Origin: the human T2T-CHM13v2.0 reference genome, Homo sapiens
Reading direction: 5' to 3' (one strand)
NCBI RefSeq assembly: GCF_009914755.1
Contig: NC_060931.1
DNA: 64,000 nucleotides
Part shown: piece by piece, positions 54,001 to 64,000 of the stretch
How the letters are laid out: every line of letters starts with the position of its first letter
Numbering within the stretch: position 1 is the stretch's first letter
Program-made: the position numbers and the translations under genes
Notes under the pieces: model-generated
Databases searched by the model: none
What the model saw: the letters and a program-made list of their open reading frames with translations, nothing else
What the model was told of the DNA's origin: nothing

Positions 54001-55559
54001 ACCAGGCAGGGCAAATAAAGCTAAAATATTATGTTTTTGAATTGGAGATTAACAGTTGACTTCAATGATATCAGTGTAAGAATAAGAATCGCTTAACTCT
54101 GTCTCACTCAACTTCGGAAAGTCAACAAATCTGCACATAAAGTGATTTGTCTAGAGGTTATGGTGGAAGGCAGTGTCCACCAGCCCAGCCTTTACCCTAC
54201 GACGTGCTCTTCTTGGCCATAGCCACTTCCAGGTTCCAGGAGTCATGCACTCCAGTCTGCAAAACCTGTTCTCAGCATACAGGATGCTACACAAAAGGAT
54301 ATGTGACAGCCAAGCAACAGAATACACCACATCCTATACTTTAGCCTTAGTGGCAAAAAGCAACCACAAATGTACAAACAAAAGCTTATACCTTTCTTGT
54401 TAAAACAATGAAGTGCATATCCACTCATGCAAATTCATAACAGTTTTTACACTAAAGCCTTTTCTTTTATATCTATTTTCATGTGTTTCATAAATAAATA
54501 AGCAAAGATGAAAATAGAATAAATATATAAAGCTTCTTTAGAAGTATATAGTACTTTTAAAAAGTATTTTACAAGGAAGATTTGGAGAATTCACTTTATC
54601 ATCGATAAACTCACAAAAAATACAGGAAAGAAGAAAGATAACCAAGGTAAAACAAAAATTATCTTGTTTTTTATTTTTATTTTAAAACCCATACATTTTG
54701 CTGTTTTCCATTTGTAAACAAATGTTTATTATACACATGGTCAAATTACTGTATTACACGTCTCTAAACAAAGAGTTATAAATATAATCATAGGTCAATA
54801 TACAAATTATTTAGACATAAAATTTGCTTTAGTATAACTAGAAACCATATTTATTTATTTATTTTGTGCAAGGCAAAGTACAAATAATTAAAATGAGAGC
54901 TCTATTACAAGATTGAATGGCAGTTAGAACTCACTTATAATAAATGCAATCTAAAATACTCTTGAGTCACTGACACTTAATATTCCACATAATGCTAAAC
55001 ATTTCAACTGAGGGGTTACTTAAGTTCAACAGTGTAGGAAATACACCCCAAATTAAAAATCACTTCAAGTGTATTTCTGTGTGATGATAACATGCCCAGC
55101 TCTGTCATGGGTGTCTGATTAGGTGTCAGTAATATGCTCTCCTGAAAATCGGGGACATCAGTCTGCTATTCTCCAAACCCCGCCTGTCAGTGTTCTTCTG
55201 GATTATTAAAATTATTGCTCAGTGAAAAGAACAGATTCTACATGTTCTGTTTTTTAACCACAGATTCCTCTAAAATGAGTACACATGTTTTAGATGGCCT
55301 TATAATTTTACATACAACAGAAACTTAGGGAAATGCTCACAAGGCATGACTCTTATAGTACCTGTCTAAAGGTTCCTGAGGGATGGCAGGATCGATTGTC
55401 TGAGACAGCAGAGAGGCAGAAGAAATATTGGATGGCACTTAACTCTTTCACATATAACTGGTCTATATAGTTGACATTTAATTTAATTCAGGGGTTCAGA
55501 AGAAACACAGGAAAAATTTCAATGAAATGACACATCTACACATTCATAATAAATTAATT

Positions 55560-56491
55560 TGAGTAAAAAAACAGACAAAAAACCTGTTTCTCCCTCTACA
55601 TTCTTACACAGTCAATCACACTCAATGCAACACTTTACCTCTGGTTACCAAAATGTATGTGAGAGTTTCTGCCACCAGCACAGGCAATGCTTCTGTGAAC
55701 ACCAGCGCGGTGTCCTGTGATTCAGTTCAATTCTGACTCTATCTACCTGGAGGAAGCTCCAGACCCCACAAGTGAGGGCTCAGCCCCAGAAGGTTGCCCC
55801 CACTTCAGGTGACAGTCCCAAGCTTGTGACTGACCAGCTATAAACCTGGGTTCCTGGGACCCTTCCTTGGGTTCCAATAATTTGCTAGAGCAACTCAGAG
55901 AACTCAGCTAAACACTTACTTACATTTTCCCATTTATCATAAAGGACATTGCAAAGGATTCGGGTGCCAGACAGACAGAGGAGATGCACAGGGCAAGAAA
56001 TGTAGGGAGAAGCAGAGCTTCCATGCCGTCTTTTGGATTGGAGCCAACCCCAGACATCTCTATGTGTTCAGCAATCTGGAAGCTTTCTGAACTCAGCCTT
56101 TTGGGTTTTTATGGAGGCTTCATTATGCAGTCATAGTTGATTAAATCATTGTCCATTGATGATCAACTCAACCTTCAGTTCCTCTCCCCTTCCTAGAGGT
56201 TAGAAGGTGGTGCTGAAAGTTCCAACCCCTTCATTACACAGGTGGTTTGTTCCCCGGGAAACCAGCCCTCACTCTAAGGGTATCCAGGAGCCCACTGAGA
56301 GCCACCCCGTTAGAACAAAAGATGCTTTTGTCACTCAGGACATTACAAAGGAGCTCTGTGTCAGAAGCTAGGATTAAAGAACAAATACAGAACAAATTAT
56401 TCCTCCAGCACCCCTACTGCAAGGATTTTAAGAACTCTATCTCAGGATAAAGACCTGAGGGTAAGGACCACCATATATATTTCTTATTACA
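55560..56491 (-). mobile_element. MER21-like solo LTR
   Basis: TTCAATTCTGACTCTATCTACCTGGAG, CTCAGAGAACTCAG...ACACTTACTTAC, ending ATATATTTCTTATTACA. Confidence 0.8.
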
Positions 56492-56659
56492 GATACCAAG
56501 AAAATAACACATTAATGGTAAATTAATATTCAAAAATTATATAAAAATAGCAAAGAACTCTCACTTTAAATATATTAAAGTTAGAAAGGTAGAAATATTA
56601 AATACTCATATGAAATCTTTAGCCTGAAGCAAAATCTTTTTAAGGTATTTTATACGTAA

Positions 56660-56850
56660 AAAATACTTTTATTTTATATGTATTTACATATATTTTATAT
56701 GTATATATTTATATTTATATGTTTGTATGTATGTTGTTTATGTATCTATATTTACATTCATATTTATGTTTGTTATATATTACATATCTATGTTACATGT
56801 TAAATTTAAATTACTTTATTCTGTCATTATGCATATATACACACATATTC
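56660..56850. repeat. AT-rich low-complexity tract
   Basis: Degenerate TATATG/TATTT repeats. Confidence 0.7.
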
Positions 56851-58904
56851 AAATTCAGAAATACACATGCAGATATCTACCTACAAGATTTAAACATCAT
56901 TTTCTAATTGAAGTTTTACAAGCAGTAGAGTTTAGTAATTGTAAATAAATAAAAAGAATTTTCTTCTACTAAAGGTCATCATTTCCATATAGAAAGGATC
57001 AAAATCCTCATTTTTTTCTAAATACAGCTAAGAACAAAATATTGTTTAATAGCTAAGCATTTTGCAAGTTTGATGTTAAGCCGACTTAGAAGTTACATTA
57101 GTACATCAGCTAAGGCTGTAATGAGCTGACTGTGCCTGTCTCCTTTGACTGATGGTAGCCATTTGAACCAACAAACAAACAAAGCCTCAAGGCAGCTGTT
57201 GAAGTAGACACAGTAACCCACTACATTATTTTAAGATAAAACCATAGTAAATGTTTCAGACCATAGATTGTTCACATAAGATTTCTCTTCTTTTGTTTTA
57301 ACCAGAAGAAAATGACATACTTCAAACCATTATGTTAAGAACATAGTTTTCACTAAGTCTTGATTTTATTTTGAACCAGTTAGCAAGCTGGAAAGCAGGA
57401 AACAGAGCTAAGTGCTGATCACTGAAAAGTTAATATATGTGAAAATGAATAAATTCTGAAACTAATATTTTAATTGTTAATACATAGTTTGTGATTTTAT
57501 AAGCATATTATGTTGAAATACAAAACAAATTGTTCATTCAGAATCTGCATCACATTGTCAATAGTTGGCTTGTAATGCCAAAAGTGCACTATATTTTTCT
57601 TAGTAACTTGACATAAGATTCTATTCCAGGAAACTCTGAGATTCTGCCATTTTAATTACAGGTGCAAGAGCAAATGCTCATTCTCTTGTCCCACCTTAAC
57701 CTACCTTGAAGCACACATATAAAACCAAATGATTACTTGGGACATTTCAAACTAAACTGCTTTCACTTCAGGCTCTCTCTCAGGAATACCTCATTTACTA
57801 CTCCATATCTCTAAAATCATTTTAGAAATTGTCTTCGGGGCAATAAGAATAAAAAAGGAATGAAGGCCCATAAGCTGCAGATATTTAACACATAAATATG
57901 CTATTTATAAGCAACAAATTTTTGCACTCCAGAATTTTTAAGGTATGTAATGGCTTATGAGGAGAGATGCGCATTTAAGCTAAAGGACCCAAATGCTTTG
58001 AGGGACATAATACTCCAGAATGTTCTGCTTCAGAGAACACTGCTTCTAAAAATCACTTTCAGGGAAAGGGCCTATTTTGGCTCACTGTTAAATGATTGCA
58101 TTTCCATCCAGCTCATTCATTTGACATCCACTGGAATTCTCTGTAGAGTCAGAGATTGAAGCAAGCTTCAGTTAATATCTCAGAAGACACATAAGATGTG
58201 GATGTCAATTGGGCCCATTCAAATCTACAAATATGACCAGGAATATTTGGAAATTGTGTATCACACCAAGAAAGATAATAGCTTTCTGAAAGCAAATAGT
58301 TTAAATGCTTAGAGTACAACGTGGAGGAAATAAAGGAAGTATTTATCTGTGAGAGAGGACACAGTTAATCCACTTAATTTGAATTTGAATTAAAACGACT
58401 CAGCAAAGGTATTCCAAATTGTTCAGCCAATTGTATAAGCAAAACATTTTTTATTTGTCTTTACTTTTGAATAAATTAAAAATGCTTTGAATTTCAGAAC
58501 ATGAATGACTAGGGAGCCATCGTAATAATATCGTAATGACATATGGAATAACTGTCTAAATTGCTTCCTTCAAATGTCCTCTAGCTTTTATTACTTTTTA
58601 ATTATTAAATATATCAAAATTACAAAATATTTTATCTAGTATATTTTAAGCTTAAAGAATGATGCTAAAACCAATGTATCCATCTAAAGAAATGATGTCA
58701 CCAGTTCTTTTAAAACCTGCCCTGCGCACCTTACATCACACCACCTCCCCACCCCCACCCTGGGGCAAATAGCTGCTGGCCTAGGTTCCTCTGAAATAAT
58801 CCCTTGAATTTCTTTAAAGGTTTTACCACCTATGACTGATTCTCTAAACAATATGTTGTTCAGATTTGCCTGGTTTGACCTTACAATAAAGCAGTCATTT
58901 TGTG

Positions 58905-59197
58905 TGTTTTGTTTTCAAGTCAGGATCTTGCTCTGTCACCCAGGCCAGGCTGGAGTGCAGTGGCACAATCAGGACTCCCTGCAGCCTTGACCTCCTGGGC
59001 TCAAACAGTCTTCCCCAATTCAGCCTCCTGAATAGCTAGGACTACAGATGTGTGCCCCCATGCCCGGCTAATTTTTTGTATTTTTTTTTGCAAAGAAGGG
59101 ATCTTGCTATGTGGCTCATGAGGGTCTTGAACTTCTGGGCTCAAGCAGTCTGTCTGCCTCAGCCTCCCAAAGTGCTGGGACTACCATGCCCAGCCCT
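58905..59197 (-). mobile_element. AluJ within an old L1ME fragment (~58580-59630)
   Basis: CTGCAGCCTTGACCTCCTGGGCTCAA...CCCAAAGTGCTGGGA. Confidence 0.88.
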
Positions 59198-60279
59198 TCT
59201 GTGACTTTCTTTTTCTGTTCCCCAACATTAGATTTCTGAGTTTGTCCTGGCTGATGTCTAGCTTTGATTCACCATTTTCCCCTCTGGATATATTATGTCA
59301 ACAAGCCAAAATTTATTCATCGGTTGTTAGACATTTGAACTGTTTCCCCTCGAGGCCATGGCAACCAGTGTTGCCACAAATATTCTTTTATATTTCTACT
59401 GGGACACAGACATAATAAATGCCTCACACTAAGTACCTAAGGGTGGCATCTTTTATATTCATAAAATTGCTGAGTATTTTTGTTTCTATTCTCTGGAAGA
59501 ATTTACATAAAATCCTAAGTATTTGTGTGTTGGATGTTTGGTTAAAAAAATCACCTATAAAACCATCTGGGCAAGATATTTGTTTTGGGAAGAATTTTAA
59601 CTTCGTTTTCTATTTTGATAATTGTGCTGTTTGAGTCTAAAGTTGAGGTTCTTGCAAAGCGGACTCAGTTACATTCCCTGTGGATATGAGGTTTCTGGCC
59701 CCTGCTTCTAATGTCCAGCACAGCTGAATTGGGGCAAACAACAACAGTTGCAGTGTTGAGGCCCATTTCCTAGCTCATATGTGGAGGATGCATTTCTCAT
59801 TTGATGTCTCTCCCTTCTCTGGGGCCCCTGGTTGTCATCACTACTGGATAACAAACCTCTTTTCCAGAACCCACATAGAGGCATGCTACCTCAGCATGGG
59901 ATTGTGAGCAGCCACAGCAATGGCTTGATTTAGCAGGTATTATTGATTTCCCATCTAACTGTTTCAGATATTCTCACATTTTAATAAAGGGTAATTTTTT
60001 GTCATATAGCTTTTTCTAAAAATTTCAATTTAATTTTTTCTGCAGTAATGAGTTATTCACAATTTGACATAATTGTTCCTCATTTAGTGATTTGCTATGT
60101 AGTTATTTCTAAAGGCTAACAGAGCCAATGAGCCATTGTTAGAGAAATCTGTAGCTTTTAAATGAGATTTTAAAAACATCAGTTGTTGATTCTTTTTCCT
60201 CATATTTCCTTTTTTTCTGTTTTCCACCTTCTGTTCTGAATACTGAATATGTTTGCTAAGTTAATCATCACCACATTCT

Positions 60280-60395
60280 TTGGAGATAGGAACTAATACT
60301 ACCTTACACAGATATTAAGACTAAGACTCAGAATAGTCAAGGAATTTTTCAAACTCACCTCACTAGTAAGTGGAAGGGTCAGAATTTAATTCTGT
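60280..60395 (-). mobile_element. MIR fragment
   Basis: ACAGAT...ACTAAGACTCAGA...CACTAGTAAGTGG...CAGAATTTAA. Confidence 0.6.
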
Positions 60396-60579
60396 GGGCA
60401 GAGGTTGTGCACAGGACTTTCCTCTGAGGCAACTGTAAGGATATTCTATTTTTGGTGTATCTGTGGGTTTCTCTTTATGGTTGAGCTTCATAGAAGGTTT
60501 TTGAGTGATCAGTTATAGATTATGTAGTAAGATTCCTTAATATGATTTTTAAATGAACAAAGGTTTTGACTAAAAATGA

Positions 60580-61090
60580 AAAGGCAGACTAGGAATAGAG
60601 CACAGCAGAATGTCTAGCAATATAATAAACAGCATCTGAGACAATTACTGAATTGGAAGTTAGAGTTGAAGAAATTATGTAGAAGGCAACCCAAATATAA
60701 GGAAATAAACATAAAAGACAGGTGGGAAGGTATAGGAGAGAAAATGAAAAGGTCAAACATACTACTGATCCGAGTTTTAGGAGGAGAGAAAAAAGATAGG
60801 GGTGGAGTGGGAGCATACTCTAAGAGGTAACACGTGAGAATTGTTTAGAATTAATGAGCAAAATGAATCTTTAAATTCAGGAAAGCTAACAAACATCACA
60901 CTAGGTACATGAAAGAACAGAATAAAACAAGCGAAGCAAAGAAAATCATTTAAAACAGCCAAGAAAACAGAGATTTCCCGTAAAAGAATGGTGATTAGAC
61001 CAACAATGAGCTTCCCAATATACTAACGGAAGCCAGAGACAGCAAGATAGTATTTTCTGAATTCCTGGAGCACATGGCTGCCAGCTGAGA
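60580..61090 (+). mobile_element. Ancient L1/HAL1 ORF1-like fragment
   Basis: Purine-rich ORF1-like sequence (GAATTGGAAG...AAGGTCAAACATAC...GAAAATCATTTAAAACAGCCAAG). Confidence 0.55.
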
Positions 61091-61699
61091 GCTACTCAAT
61101 GAGATATCCTAGGGATGTTTTGCACAAGTTCATCAGGGGCATGTACCAGGGTATTTATTGCAGCATGGACTTAAGCAAAATACTGTATCATTTAAAAATG
61201 CATTGAAGGTATGTGGGAACTGCTACATATGAAGATAAAGGTAAATGGTTAAATTTGGAAGATGACAAATAGGAAAATTCAAAGACATTGCCAGGGATTC
61301 AAGAAATTTAGAACAGTTGGTTCCTTGACAGAAAATGAGGCCATGTCACCAATAGAAGAAGATGAGAAAGAACCTTGAAATAGAGTTTTAAAGGACAAAT
61401 TTTCAAAGAAAGAAAAGATGATTTCAGAGATTATCTAGAAAGAAAATTTTACTTAGAACCTATGCTACTGAAATTACAACCAAACTGAAAGTTCCAGTTA
61501 TTTTGTTAGAGAACGAAGTATTCTTTACCATTACTTTGTGATAAGGCCTGAGCATGCTCTAGAGTCTTCAAATTTGATCTTTGTCACCTGATTCTTTTAT
61601 GCCAGTGTGATAGTCAAACTAATATGGCTAGAAATTTATAAGCCAAGAAATAACAATTCTGTTTTTATGTCAGGTACATGTGTGTGTATATCTATTCAC

Positions 61700-62220
61700 T
61701 TTTTTCCATACCACTTCTAAGTACCTAGAGCAAATAGCCACTACCTTTCACTGAAACTACACAGTAGCTTCTTAATTGTTCTTATAGTTTCAATCTTGCT
61801 TTGTGACAATTAATCAATCCTCCACATAGCAAACATAATTATCTTATAATATAACTAAGATCATGTCATACCCCAGGTTAGCACATCTCATAAAATCCAA
61901 CACACCAGCATCCCATCACCTAAAAGTCCTTGCGGGAACTGAATCGACCTCCTTCTCTAGCTTGCCCTGGTCTCCTTTTCTCTATCTCACAGCTTCTTTC
62001 TATTTCAGTGTCTCTCATGAGGCAAAATGCATGGTACTTGACACATTCTCTTACTTCTGCTCACAACACTCTTCATAGCTCTCCATCTGGTTAACTGATG
62101 CATCCTTCCAGTCTCATCCTAAATACCCTTCCCTGGAGAGGCCCTACCTAGCCACCCAATTTAAATTACTTCTCACTGTTTAACTCTCTTATAACACCTT
62201 GCACATTTTCTTGTGTTAAA
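61700..62220 (+). mobile_element. L2 3' fragment
   Basis: ATCCTCCACATAGC...AGATCATGTCA...CATCCTTCCAGTCTCA...GAGAGGCCCT. Confidence 0.65.
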
Positions 62221-62289
62221 GGAATATTATAATGTAGAGACATTCTATTTTACATGTTTTATATGTGTATTAGAGTATTATATTCCTAA

Positions 62290-63690
62290 TTCCTCCCTCC
62301 CATGCCATGTATCATTACCCTCATTCATTTCACTTACACATAAGCTATAATCATAGAATATATCAGTTATTATTATTTTGAACAAACTGTTGTCTCTTAG
62401 CTCAATTGAGAATAGGAAATAGAAGATTTTATTTTATCTTCCCTTATTTCTTCCCTAAATCTTTCCTTTCTTTATGTAGCTCCATGTTTCTGATCTGTAT
62501 AATTTTTTTTCTCTCTAAAGAACTTTTTTAAAAAGCATTTTTTGCAAGGCAGGTCTACTGACAATACATTCCCTCAGTTTTTGGTTGTCTGAGAAAGTTT
62601 TTATTTCTCTTTCACTTTTGAAGGGTAATTTTGCGTGGTACAGAATTACAGGCTGGTGGTTTTTCCTCAATACTTTGAATTTTTCACTCTGTTCTGTGCT
62701 TGCTTGCCTGGTTTCTGAGACATCAGATGTAATTCTTATAATTACTGCTCTATAAATAAGATGTTTTTCCCTCTGGCTTCAGTCAATATGTTTTCTTTAT
62801 TTTGGATTTTCTGCAGTTTGAATATTATATGCCTGAATATAAGTGTAGGGCTTTTTCCTTCTCTCTTCTTGTGCTTTTTTTTTCTTTTTGGCACTTATCC
62901 TACTTGGTATTCTCTCCACTTCCTGAAATTGTGGTTGGGTCTCATATTAATTGGTGAAGTTCTTAGTCATTATTATTTCAAATATTTCTTCTGTTCCTTT
63001 TTCTCTTTCTTTTTCTTCTTGCATTCCCTGTGTTTGTATGTTACACCTTTTGTAATTGTCTCAAATCCTTTAATATTCTATTTTATTTTTTTCAGTCTTT
63101 TTTTTTTTTGCTTTGCTTTTCAATTTTGGAAGTATTTATTGACATATCTTCAAATATGAAAATCCTTTCCTCAGCCATGTCCAGCCCATTAAAAGCATTT
63201 AAAATTTTTCTGTGACAGTGTTTTTGATTCTAGAATTTATTTAATTCTGCCTTAGAATGTCCAGCTGTCTGCTTACGTTGCCCATCTGTTCTTGGGTGTT
63301 GCCTACTTTTTCCAACAAAGCCTTTAACATTATTCTTTCATATTCCTAATCTTATAATTCCCACATCCCTGCCATATCTGAATCTGGTTCTGATGCTTGT
63401 TCTGTCTTTTCAAGCTGTATGTTTTGCTTTTTAGTATGCCTTGTAATTTTTTGTTGAAAGTATAACGTGAAGTACCTGGTACTGTTTCCTACAGAGATTT
63501 CTGCTTTGCTATGCTGTGATTCTCATTACCTGTTTGTCTGTTTCTCCACTTTTAGGCATAGTGGTTTGTCCTGAGACCTCACTTTTCTGTGGGTCTAAGA
63601 AGGCTGTTGATTTTCAGTTCATTCAGCTTTTCACTTGTTAGGATGGAGTAACAGCTTCCCAGTTTATTCCCAGCCAGGCCAAAGGCCAGA
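62290..63690 (-). mobile_element. Old L1M (MC/MD) 5'/ORF1-region fragment
   Basis: GCAAGGCAGGTCTACTG...GTCTGAGAAAG...CCTGCCATATCTGAATCTGGTTCTGATGCTTG. Confidence 0.7.
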
Positions 63691-64000
63691 ATCAAATTTC
63701 CTTTTAAGTACACAGTTTATAAACAGTTATTTTTGTGACTTTGTTTCCGTTCTTTTTAGCTTTCTAGGAGAGACATTTAAAAAATAATCACCCTTACACT
63801 TAGCAACTTATGTGTAGTACTACTCTCAGTCTCAAGTACATAGTAAAAAATCTGTCAATATTTCAGATTTAAGGAAAAAGAAATTAAGTCCTAGATCTAT
63901 TTAGTCACTGCAGCAGATACGTGTGACTACTTTTGTGAGCATCATTCTGCTTAAACATTCTCTATTGAGTTACAGCTTTTAAAAACTCCTAACTACTAGT

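Noticed and set aside
54147-54428. Overlapping short ORFs in a unique, moderately GC-rich patch
   Set aside because: No recognisable protein motif or convincing splice-site pair; could be non-coding exon sequence but I cannot support it.

Overview
Catarrhine (ape/human-like) primate DNA: AT-rich and dominated by repeats, with no recognisable host protein-coding gene. Every long ORF is a dead LINE-1 ORF1/ORF2 remnant. The window holds old L1M/L1PB/L2/MIR fossils, eight solo LTRs (MLT1, two MER4-group, MER76-like, MER61, two MST, MER21) plus MER11, eight Alus or Alu fragments, a MADE1, and four young L1PA3/4-type copies in alternating orientation: A(+) 18925-21503, B(-) 31678-35558, C(+) 35557-37919 and D(-) 42733-49917. 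The main unexpected structure: the 3' end of B and the 5' end of D, 18.2 kb apart, carry the two copies of ONE target-site duplication (GGAGAAATCTT). The old L1M element they interrupt continues across the whole block. One L1 insertion therefore appears to have been expanded into an 18-kb composite containing a head-to-head L1 palindrome and a captured 4.8-kb foreign segment. The four young L1s also share unusual variants in a pair-switching mosaic, suggesting local gene conversion. Several small template-switch scars lie nearby. Subfamily names come from recalled consensus sequences and need RepeatMasker/Dfam confirmation. Boundaries of old elements are approximate.
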